A DNA stretch of 63,960 nt, counting the filler, from Octopus bimaculoides (taxonomy: Eukaryota), in the NCBI RefSeq assembly GCF_001194135.2. It is 3 parts of 2 records of this genome, joined end to end, with 100 filler letters (N's around TTAATTAATTAA, not from the genome) between each part and the next. Parts side by side here need not be neighbours in the genome. Positions count along the whole stretch, not along the records: positions 35,744 to 63,960 come from NC_068991.1; 2 more parts are not named here. The stretch is one strand, 5' to 3'. The notes under the pieces are model-generated. The model was not told the origin of the DNA. It saw nothing but the letters and a program-made list of their open reading frames with translations, and did not search any database. The position numbers were made by a program, and so were the translations under genes. Positions within the stretch are counted from its first letter, which is position 1. Each line of letters starts with the position of its first letter. Below are positions 40,838 to 51,589 of this stretch, in pieces.

Positions 40838-41238
40838 AGTAGCTTGCTTACCAACCACATGGTTTCGGGTTCATTCTCACTGCGTAGCACTTTGGGCAAG
40901 TGTCTACTACTATAGCCTCAGGCCGACCAAAGCCTTATGAGTGGATTTGGTAGACGGAAACTGAAAGAAGCCCGTCGTATATATGTATATATATGTATGT
41001 ATGTGTATGTATATGTTTTTGTGTCTGTGTTTGTCCCTCCAGCATCGCTTGACAACCGATGGTGGTGTGTTTACGTCCCCGTAACTTAGCGGTTCGGCAA
41101 AAGAGAACGATAGAATAAGTACCAGGCTTCCAAAAGAATAAGTCCTGGGGTCGATTTGCTCGACTAAAAAGGTGGTGCTCCAGCATGGCCACAGTCAAAT
41201 GACTGATACAAGTAAAAGAGTAAAAGAGAGTAAAGAGT
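40838..41238 (+). mobile_element. Type B SINE, slightly 5'-truncated
   Basis: Core, internal (TA/TG)n and (gtaaaagag)n tail. Confidence 0.9.
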
Positions 41239-41489
41239 ATATACATACTTATAATATAATATAATATAATATANNNNNNNNNNNNNNNNNNNNNNNNNNN
41301 NNNNNNNNNNNNNNNNNNNNNNNNNNNNNNNNNNNNNNNNNNNNNNNNNNNNNNNNNNNNNNNNNNNNNNNNNNNNTTCATCCTTTCAGAATCGATAAAA
41401 TAAGTATCAGCTTATATATATATTTATACGCAGCCGTCACTCGGAAGCAAATATGAATTTGTAACTTGTACTATATTTTCAGTCATTGT

Positions 41490-41690
41490 TTCGGGTGCTT
41501 TTTAGTTACGAGCAAATAGCGAGTCCTCCTCTCAAACCGCCTAGCCTTCACCTTACGGAACATCCAGTGTTTAACAAGAATGAAGAGAAAAGGTGGCACT
41601 TCTGTTGGTGCAGCTTCGCCAGGCAAGACAATCTTGAGGTTGCGTTTCCCAGGTGTTGGAGTTGATCTGAAAGCTATTCGGTGAAGCTTC
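41490..41690 (-). pseudogene. RTE-clade LINE ORF2 C-terminus and 3' UTR remnant
   Basis: Minus frame INSNTWETQPQDCLAWRSCTNRSATF matches the RTE terminal I.P.TWE.LA.DR.AWR pattern. Confidence 0.6.
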
Positions 41691-42643
41691 GAGCGTATGT
41701 ATATAAACACGTGTGTTCGGTATGCGATTGAAAAAAAAAAGAAGAAAAACATGTATGGATAGTGTGTGTATCTATTTGTACATGTATATCTGTAAAATGA
41801 TGTACGTATATGTACGTGTGAGCATATGTATGTATATGTCTGAATGTATGTCTATTTTTAATTATTATAAATCTTTTCCACTGAGGAGGGAGCCAGTTTC
41901 CAGCAAAGCACCATCTTTGGGATGTAGTTAACACAGACAAATTCACATTTGTATGTATGTATGTATGTATGTATGTATAAAGGAATAAGTCAAAGGTTGT
42001 CCGGTTGAGTGCGTGAGAAGGCTAAGCTTGTGGTTGGGTGGTAGTCAGCCATGCAGAGCAATGAGTGGCTTCTATTTGTCCAATTCTGTCTAATGCTACC
42101 TAATTGATTGTCGTCTTTCAGTGCGAGCGGCGACACAAAACGAGACAGTAGCTTTGTCAATGGCGGCAGCGCTGACAATGGAACGACTTTCGCCTCACCG
42201 GAAATAAACTGTCAAACTACTATAATACTTCCGTTCAATCTAGGTTTATACAAACATTTAGCAATTGTTTTCGGGAGCAATCATTGTATATAGCAATGAA
42301 TGCATAACATTTTTATAGAGTTGTTGTTGTTAGGGGAATCGGGTTAAGTGTTCGTCTGTTTTTCGTCTCTTCATCGTTATCACACTCACTCACTCCTTCA
42401 ACCCCATTCACTTACTCACTCACTTATTCAGTCTCCCTTTTTTTTTTTTACTTCAACTCTATTTCATCTTTCTATATAAATCTACAATCTTATACATTTC
42501 AATATATTTTCCAGTGTATATATTTGCATGCGTATTTATGTTTTTATATTACATACAAGACACACTCACTCACACACACACACACTAAATATATAATAAA
42601 TAGCATATAATATATAGATATATGTTATATATTATATATTTAT

Positions 42644-42692
<49 letters not shown>

Positions 42693-43693
42693 NNNNNNNN
42701 NNNNNNNNNNNNNNNNNNNNNNNNNNNNNNNNNNNNNNNNNNNNNNNNNNNNNNNNNNNNNNNNNNNNNNNNNNNNNNNNNNNNNNNNNNNNNNNNNNNN
42801 NNNNNNNNNNNNNNNNNNNNNNNNNNNNNNNNNNNNNNNNNNNNNNNNNNNNNNNNNNNNNNNNNNNNNNNNNNNNNNNNNNNNNNNNNNNNNNNNNNNN
42901 NNNNNNNNNNNNNNNNNNNNNNNNNNNNNNNNNNNNNNNNNNNNNNNNNNNNNNNNNNNNNNNNNNNNNNNNNNNNNNNNNNNNNNNNNNNNNNNNNNNN
43001 NNNNNNNNNNNNNNNNNNNNNNNNNNNNNNNNNNNNNNNNNNNNNNNNNNNNNNNNNNNNNNNNNNNNNNNNNNNNNNNNNNNNNNNNNNNNNNNNNNNN
43101 NNNNNNNNNNNNNNNNNNNNNNNNNNNNNNNNNNNNNNNNNNNNNNNNNNNNNNNNNNNNNNNNNNNNNNNNNNNNNNNNNNNNNNNNNNNNNNNNNNNN
43201 NNNNNNNNNNNNNNNNNNNNNNNNNNNNNNNNNNNNNNNNNNNNNNNNNNNNNNNNNNNNNNNNNNNNNNNNNNNNNNNNNNNNNNNNNNNNNNNNNNNN
43301 NNNNNNNNNNNNNNNNNNNNNNNNNNNNNNNNNNNNNNNNNNNNNNNNNNNNNNNNNNNNNNNNNNNNNNNNNNNNNNNNNNNNNNNNNNNNNNNNNNNN
43401 NNNNNNNNNNNNNNNNNNNNNNNNNNNNNNNNNNNNNNNNNNNNNNNNNNNNNNNNNNNNNNNNNNNNNNNNNNNNNNNNNNNNNNNNNNNNNNNNNNNN
43501 NNNNNNNNNNNNNNNNNNNNNNNNNNNNNNNNNNNNNNNNNNNNNNNNNNNNNNNNNNNNNNNNNNNNNNNNNNNNNNNNNNNNNNNNNNNNNNNNNNNN
43601 NNNNNNNNNNNNNNNNNNNNNNNNNNNNNNNNNNNNNNNNNNNNNNNNNNNNNNNNNNNNNNNNNNNNNNNNNNNNNNNATATATATTATATA

Positions 43694-43736
<43 letters not shown>

Positions 43737-43754
43737 ATATATAATATATTATAT

Positions 43755-43830
43755 GGTCGGCCCGAAGCTATAGTAGAAGACACTTGCCCAAGGTACCATG
43801 CAGTGGAACTGAACCCGGGACCGTGTGGCA
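43755..43830 (-). mobile_element. Type B SINE fragment
   Basis: ggtcggcccgaagctatagtagaagacacttgcccaaggt. Confidence 0.85.
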
Positions 43831-44218
43831 CACGCATGCAGCATAGATATCACTATACTATATAATATAGTATACTGTATTATATAATATCAGATTGTAT
43901 AGTAAATTCTATCTGATTTTAAGTGTTTATTTAAAAGAAAAGATATTTACTCCTGCAAATTTAATCAATTTTACAATTTCCTTCACGTTCTGTCTCTTCT
44001 TTACTTAAAAAATTTTTTAACGCCTGATCTATAATGTTCTTTTACTTGGCTTATATATTTTCATGCTTTCTTTGATAACCCCACTTTTCCTGTCTATGCG
44101 GTTTTGCAAGGACCTGCATAACCTACATAAGTGAAAGTTTAATGGAGCGAGCTCTGATAAGTATGATGATAGCATTTTCTCCATTCGAATAATTCGAGAA
44201 CATGAGCATTATCTAGAT

Positions 44219-44521
44219 CAGTGGTTCTCGACCATTTTTTTTTATCTATGGACCCCTTTGAGTACTATTCTATTTTGGAAGACCCCCATAACCACTCAAT
44301 GTTTAAAAACTGTTTTTATAGATACTTCTTTCAAAATTCCCATTTTATTTTTCACACATTAACTTGTCTAGGTTTATCTGCGGCTGTTTCTTGCAATAAA
44401 TACATCTAAAGCAAAACTTTTCCTGGACTCTAGGTCCCAATTTACTATTTTGTTTGCATGGACCCCCAAAATTTTTATATGAACCCCCAGGTGTTATATG
44501 GACCCCGGTTGAGAACCACTC
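44219..44521. mobile_element. hAT (Charlie/Buster-type) MITE
   Basis: TIRs cagtggttctc(g)acc / ggttgagaaccactc; subterminal ggacccc repeats; left flank atctagat is a typical target, but the right TSD does not match. Confidence 0.8.
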
Positions 44522-44834
44522 CCACCACTTCCAGTAGTTTATTAATGCAGGATGTTTTCTATCCAAAGCAGTCTTCAAACGTTGAAGTTAATGACAGTAG
44601 ACTTTCAGGAGTGATTGTCTGATTCAACCCTAAAACCTCGTAATGAAAAATTCTTCTTATGTCTTACCAGAGATTAAGTGGTTGAGTTAAACTGTACGAT
44701 GGTTTTCAGTTTATGAAGAACACAACTGTCCGTTAATGGACTTTCGCACATTTCCTGTCTTTCATATTTCGCCTTTACCCGGGAAAAAAATCTGTCCCTT
44801 TTCACCTAAGGTCTGAAGTTATGATTAGACTTTG

Positions 44835-44875
44835 CTTCGCGGATGAGGTCTAAGAGGACTGAAACATGTCCGAAG
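44835..44875 (+). ncRNA. Type-I hammerhead motif with U4G core substitution
   Basis: cttcg CGGATGA ggtct-aaga-ggact GAA acatgt C cgaag. Confidence 0.65.
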
Positions 44876-45340
44876 TTGTCCCTGCACAACTAAAGATTAT
44901 GTTTATTCCTTACTACATTCCATGTTTAATTCATTTTGATTTTACAAACATTCGGGTTTATTTTCACCTGCCTAGTTTGGACTGAATTTTTCATTTAAGA
45001 AATGATTGTTACCAGCATTAGGGCTGGAATATTAATTAAAATTCCTTGACACGGTACATGAAGTAGTTAGTACCTTCTTCCACCCTGCTCTGGTCGACAC
45101 GAGGCCACTGTAGATGACAGATGCCTATGTTACTGTACTGTACGATTCTATCTTAAACCACGTAGGACTTAGCTTATAAGGTTCAACTTAACTCTGTCTG
45201 TAGGTCTAGAAAATCTACTCCAAAGCTTAGCTTCAGATTAGACTTGTCCACCAATCATTTTGGCCCGTCTCTTTCGATTACTGAGCGCGTGTCATGTAAC
45301 AATTCGCTCCATATGAAACACATCCGCCCTTTAATTTATT

Positions 45341-45682
45341 TTAGTCATTAGACTGCGGCCATGCTGGGGCGCAGAATTTTTAGTCGAATGAATCAGTCCC
45401 ATATTTTTTAAAAGCCTGCTACTTTTTTGACGAACCACTAAGTTACAGGGACGTAAGCACAGGAACACTAGTTGTCAAGCAGTAGTAGTGGAGAAACACA
45501 AACACACACACACACATATACGACAGACTTCTTTCAGTTTCCGTCTACCAGATCCACTCACGAGGGTCTGGTCAGCCCGAGGCTTTAGTAAAAACACTTG
45601 CCCAATTTTCCGCGCAGTGGGACTTAACTCGGACCCATGTAGTTGGGAAGCAAACTTCTTCTCACACAGTAACACCTGCACC
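45341..45682 (-). mobile_element. Type B SINE, near full length
   Basis: Reverse complement of head, core, (TG)n and ccagcatggccgcagtc tail. Confidence 0.85.
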
Positions 45683-45702
45683 ACTCTGGAAACAAAGGAT
45701 TC

Positions 45703-45810
45703 CTTGAAGGCGCATGGCTTAGTGGCTAGGGCGTCGGATTCATGAAGTTTCGCTTCCTGGACTGGGAGATACGTGGTGTTTTTCCGCAAAACATCATTTC
45801 ACATTACTCC
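45703..45810 (+). mobile_element. tRNA-like SINE head; inverted copy at 46055-46166
   Basis: gaaggcgcatggcttagtgg...gtttcgcttcctggactggga. Confidence 0.7.
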
Positions 45811-46202
45811 ATTTCTCTCAGCTGACAAAAACGAGTAACGTGATAGCGGACCTGCCTAAAAAGCAAACAAAAGGCAGCTTCTGGAAAGACGGGCAATCGG
45901 CCTATCTTGGTGTTGGGTATCACCTTTACAAAAGATTCCCAACACGTGTCTGTGTGTGCGTGTATGTGTATGTGTGTGTTCGTGTGTATATACGTTTGCG
46001 TGTGCAGAATCACACAAGGTTGAATGAAGAGCTATCACTATAGTGAAACTATACTGAAATGAAGTGTTTTGCTGAAAAGCACAATACATCTCCCGGTCTA
46101 GGAATCGAAACCTCAATCTTACGATCATGAGTCCAGCACCCAATTCCATTAAGCTATGCGCCTCCAAAGAATCCTTTGTGATGATGAACATTATGGCTCC
46201 AG

Positions 46203-46324
46203 AGCGGAAGTGTGGTCAGAAGTTGGCTTCCTAACAACATGGTACTGAGTTATGTCCCACTGCGTGTTAATTTGGACAAGTGTCTTCTACTATAGCCTCG
46301 GGCCAACTAAAACCTTGTGAATGG
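46203..46324 (+). mobile_element. Type B SINE 5' half
   Basis: gtcccactgcgtg..ttggacaagtgtcttctactatagcctcgggcc. Confidence 0.8.
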
Positions 46325-47495
46325 AAAACTATACTGGAAATGCTCCGTATCTATGGTTGAGAAGACATAACGCGTGTCAGCTCAGTCCACCTGGCTGTAA
46401 GTTGTGTCTACCGTTCTCCTACAAACAAGTTTAAGAGTTTCTGCAGCTGAGATAAATCCTTATTCCTTTACTTTATTTATAATTCAGTGTCTGGAGTTAA
46501 ATTCTCGCACAAAACATTTTCTTTTTCAGAAGCACGTTCCAATCCATGTGAGTCATACGCTGTCAATATATTATCTTTTCTTCACTGAAACTTGCAGGAT
46601 TAACATCTGGGTTAGAAGCAGATTCGTTCCTGCTGAATGCTAAATCTTCCAACCACCGCAAGAAAGCCCATATCACATACTATATTGCAGTGATTTGGTG
46701 CAAAGTGTACGTACATGCCCGTTAGTGTATATGTGTATGGGCGGTTTTCTCGAATAATAATAATAACAATAATAATGATGATAATAATAATAATAATAAT
46801 TTCCGCGAGTGATTCGATGTCACGTCTATATTATCTTTCCTTAACTCGGATATCTGATAACAATTTAGTTGGCAAATCCTGGCATATTGTACGGAAAACT
46901 GTCTTTTACAGCTGCCAGAGTAGTATGGATACCGATTAGGAGCATCATCATCACCACCACCTTAATCATCATCATCTTCTTCTTCTTCTTCTTCTTCTTC
47001 TTCCCCACTTCTTCTTTCCCCCTTTTATTTTATTTGCCTTTTGTTTTCTTTGTTAATTACGCATTTAATTATCTCGTTCTCCATTATACTGAGTTTGAAT
47101 TTGTCTTGTATATGAATGTGAGCATGCGAACGAGCGTGCGTGCGTGCGTGCGTGCGTGTGTTCTATTTTCTCCAGAGCAGCCCAGAAAAAGGAAACCTGC
47201 TATCGTAAACATTCCAACCATGGCCATCAATATGCCTTTCTTTTTTAAAGATAGTCGGGTATTATTTCACAGAGAATTTTCTACAATTTCTAGAATTTCT
47301 AGCGGCACTGTAAGGACACGCCCGTTGGCCATTATCTGTGTGAGTGTGTGTTAGATGAAATATATTATCATAATCCCCGGTATGTATCTACGTACACCTT
47401 GTTATTTCACTTGGCCTGCAAATCGTTCTCAAAGTATGATTCACTACCTTTCTAAAGCAATTATTATCTCTTGTTAATACATAAAGTGACAAAAA

Positions 47496-47689
47496 GGGCG
47501 GCGAGCTGGCGGAATCACTGGCGCGCCATTTCGTTCATTTTGCGTTGTGAGTTCAAATTCTGCCGAGGTCGACTTTGCCTTTCATCTTTTCCGTGCCGAT
47601 AAAATAAGTACCAGTCAAGAACTGGGGCCAATGCAATCGACTAGTCCCCTACCCGAAATTGTTGCCTTCTGCCTACAGTAGAAAGGAAT
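47496..47689 (+). mobile_element. Type C SINE
   Basis: ggcggcgagctggcggaatc...gagttcaaattctgccgaggtcgactttgcctttcatc...agtagaaaggaat. Confidence 0.85.
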
Positions 47690-47996
47690 ATATGGATTGG
47701 CGCCTTCAATCCCATGTAAGTCTATTTCCAGGACGGAGAGAAATGCTTGTATACATGTATATATAAATGTGAGTGCTGATATATATATATATATATATAT
47801 ATANNNNNNNNNNNNNNNNNNNNNNNNNNNNNNNNNNNNNNNNNNNNNNNNNNNNNNNNNNNNNNNNNNNNNNNNNNNNNNNNNNNNNNNNNNNNNNNNN
47901 NNNNNNNNNNNNNNNNNNNNNNNNNNNNNNNNNNNNNNNNNNNNNNNNNNNNNNNNNNNNNNNNNNNNATATATACATATATATATATATATACAG

Positions 47997-48155
47997 TGAG
48001 AATTTACAACAAAAAAACAACGAATACGTGTGTGCAAACAACAAACAGATGTATTAGTTTAACGCTCGGGAAGTGAGAAAGTCTTTTACGTTTCGAACCT
48101 ACGCTCTTCGACAGAAAGGAACACAGAAATAAACAAGGAGAGAAAATAGAAAATA
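47997..48155 (-). repeat. Second copy of the Penelope terminal-repeat-like element (variant hammerhead 48082-48118)
   Basis: gatgtattagtttaacgctcggga...acgtttcgaacctacgctcttcgacagaaag. Confidence 0.65.
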
Positions 48156-49228
48156 GAAAAAGGTATAGTGGCTAGCGATCTATCATGGCGAATATATATA
48201 TATATATTACGGTACGAATGGTTTTGTTATACGGTGCTGGGTCTTACAAACTTGTAAATAATAATAATGGTATTTATATAAGCCTAAGGCTGTACATGGG
48301 CGCGCACACACACACACACACACTTACACATATATGAACGGACATACGCGTGCACATACACATGAATGCGCGCGCACACATGCAGGCACACACACACATG
48401 CGTGTTCATTTACATGTACATATAAATATATATATGTATGTATGTATATATATGTATACATACATACATATATACATATACATATACACACACACACATA
48501 TATATAGATATATATAGATATATAGATATATATATATACACATATATATAATACAAATAATATATGAATATATGCGTATATACGTACATGTATGTACATA
48601 CCTACATCTACATGTATATATAGATGTGTATCTGGGTACAGGACGTAGCAAAATAACGTGGACAAAATGNNNNNNNNNNNNNNNNNNNNNNNNNNNNNNN
48701 NNNNNNNNNNNNNNNNNNNNNNNNNNNNNNNNNNNNNNNNNNNNNNNNNNNNNNNNNNNNNNNNNNNNNNNNNNNNNNNNNNNNNNNNNNNNNNNNNNNN
48801 NNNNNNNNNNNNNNNNNNNNNNNNNNNNNNNNNNNNNNNNNNNNNNNNNNNNNNNNNNNNNNNNNNNNNNNNNNNNNNNNNNNNNNNNNNNNNNNNNNNN
48901 NNNNNNNNNNNNNNNNNNNNNNNNNNNNNNNNNNNNNNNNNNNNNNNNNNNNNNNNNNNNNNNNNNNNNNNNNNNNNNNNNNNNNNNNNNNNNNNNNNNN
49001 NNNNNNNNNNNNNNNNNNNNNNNNNNNNNNNNNNNNNNNNNNNNNNNNNNNNNNNNNNNNNNNNNNNNNNNNNNNNNNNNNNNNNNNNNNNNNNNNNNNN
49101 NNNNNNNNNNNNNNNNNNNNNNNNNNNNNNNNNNNNNNNNNNNNNNNNNNNNNNNNNNNNNNNNNNNNNNNNNNNNNNNNNNNNNNNNNNNNNNNNNNNN
49201 NNNNNNNNNNNNNNNNNNNNNNNNNNNN

Positions 49229-49266
<38 letters not shown>

Positions 49267-49724
49267 CACATGCCGTGAGTAATTATTCAAGGTAGGCTGT
49301 TGGTGACGTGTATGTATAAACGAAACACAGGCGCGCGACTGAGCTGCAGGCAGATTTACTTCTGCCTTTATAGCGCGTAAAGAAAACGTTGTTGCAGGAA
49401 TGTACGCACCACGTGTACTACAGCAGTATTATGGGTAGTTTTAAAACTGAGATTCGCAGGGACGAATTATGCCTACCTAATCTACAAAAAAATTATATAT
49501 TTTGCATTTTATGCATAATAATCAGAGTAATCTTCATAGTTTTATTGAATTAGGTGCATATTTTGCCATAAAAGGAAAATGTTACTATCGATTTATTTCA
49601 TTCAGGGTAGGCACTGCCTACCTTGTCTACCCAGGCGGCACGTCACTGATATCTATCTATCTATCTATCTATAAAATTGATAAAAATTTTATCAGTGGCC
49701 AGCATATGAAAAAAAGACAAACCT

Positions 49725-50200
49725 AAAGGCGTCGAAAAAGATTTTTTTAGCCTATATGCTGAAAATAGACGCTAAATCGTCGAACCACGTTAAATATCAT
49801 CAATATCATAATTACGCACGTGTCGAAACGAGGAAACACGCTAACAGGAATTCATAAATTTTAGTTATATCTTGATCGGATCACTTTCTGGATTAACCTA
49901 AAAAAGTTTTTCCTTCCTCTGCTGATTAAGGAAAAACCTGTTTTTCCTTAATCAGCAGATGAAGGAAAAATCTTTTTAGGTTAATCCAGAAATTGGTATG
50001 ATCAATGAAGGAAACATCTTTTTAAGCTAATTCAGAAATTGGTCCGATCCAGAGATAACTAAAATTTATGAATTCCTGTTAGCATGCATTCTCGTTTCGA
50101 CACATGTGTAATAATAATAATACTGAAGATATTTAACGTGGTTCAACAATCTAGCGTCTATTTTCAGCATATAGGCAAAGAAAATTTTTTCGATGCCCTT
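49725..50200. repeat. ~475-bp fold-back palindrome
   Basis: Arms meet at gaaaaac-ctg-tttttc (about 49930-49945); the right arm carries an extra ~46-bp duplication. Confidence 0.9.
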
Positions 50201-50490
50201 ATTTATAATTATAATTATATTTCCTCGTTGACAGGCCGCTGGTATTTATGGAGTGTTAAACACTTTCGGTATGCAAATTAGGGATTCTTTCATAGAGTAA
50301 CTACTGCATTTGTTGCATATATTTCTCATTTATTTGGTTTCTGCTTATTTCTTTCCTTTACCCCTCCTTTTTCTAAAGGCTTCCTCTGACGTCATATCCT
50401 CTAACGTTTTAAAAAACTTGATCGCGTTCCTTTCATCATTATACATATCCATTATATTCTGTTAAAATGTCTTATTGACGAGTTTGTTTT

Positions 50491-50595
50491 ATTTCTTTAT
50501 TTCCCTGAAGAGAAGATTACATTGTTTTACACCATTTTATTCCTTTGGAATAATACCAATGTTGTCTTCGAAACATGTGTCGGAAGAAAAAGAAT
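50491..50595 (+). ncRNA. Type-I hammerhead ribozyme with fully canonical core and long stem II
   Basis: ttcc CTGAAGA gaagattacattg...caatgttgtcttc GAAAC atgt GTC ggaa; predicted GUC cleavage after 50581. Confidence 0.8.
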
Positions 50596-51289
50596 TTGAA
50601 TAACAACTGCGTTTAACTCCATTTTTATACGTATAGATATAAACAGAGTTGGTTATAGTAACCGACTAAGGGATAAAATATGCGTATATACTATCAGTAT
50701 CCGTGACCTATGTTATCCCCGGGCGATGGTGCGCAGGCACACCATACACGTCGAGTGCAGGTAACAACAGGATAAACAAGAGTTTATCAGGAACAAATGC
50801 AAATAATTAGAAAATGGAGAAAGCCATCGATTGGACTAGATTTATAGCTTATTTATCAATACAAGGCATGACATGACAAATCTTACAGCCGTTTCTAATC
50901 AGATTACTAGAATGCCGTCTATACATAAATGCGAGAATAAAATTCTTCATCTTCATAGGGCATTCGAAATTAAGGTAACAGATTTTCATCAGAGTGAAAA
51001 GCAAGAGCATACTATATAAACAAAAGGAAGAAGGAAAAAGAAAGAAAGCATGGCTTAGGCAAATAGTCTAGAAACCCAAAATGTTAAGTGCGAATAATTA
51101 TTTACCATCAAAGCTACAAGAGCGTAGATGAAAGAGTGAGCTATAAAAGGTCTATGAAATACTACAAATTATTAAACGTATGAGTGTTCAGTCTTTGCTG
51201 AACGACTTGCACAAATGATCTGTTTATAGTCATCAAATATATGTGCTGTACATTAGCTCCCTTCCTCTATTAGACATTGCCTGTACAGC

Positions 51290-51440
51290 TGCACAAGTGT
51301 GCCACACGTCAAATGTCGAAATGATCGCAGAGCATCATGAAGTAAAGTGTTTTGTTCCAGAACACAACGCGTAGCTTGGTCCGGGAAGCGAACCCACGAT
51401 CTCAGTGATCGTTAGTAGAACACCCTAACCACTAGGCTAT
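51290..51440 (-). mobile_element. tRNA-headed SINE fragment
   Basis: Reverse complement of tagcctagtggttagggtg...gtgggttcgcttccc. Confidence 0.65.
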
Positions 51441-51589
51441 TTATGATGTTAAAAAACAAACACTCAATCAGAAGCATAATCCACAAAAATATGGCTGTTG
51501 GAAACTCTTACATCATTCTAAAGGGAGTGAAGGAGTGGAGTTGAATTTAGAAGAAAAATCATTGTTGCTATTTTCCTGCACGGTTCATT

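Noticed and set aside
42622-43837. Long ORF-track entries (also 48324-49290, 61283-61847 and others)
   Set aside because: They are read-throughs of N-gaps and (TA)n/(TG)n microsatellites.
47160-47260. Minus-strand hydrophobic peptide KGILMAMVGMFTIAGFLFLGCSGEN resembling a transporter helix
   Set aside because: In-frame stop just upstream and no usable acceptor or donor.
50700-50780. GC-rich stretch with possible HDV- or twister-like pseudoknot
   Set aside because: Helix order does not match either fold.
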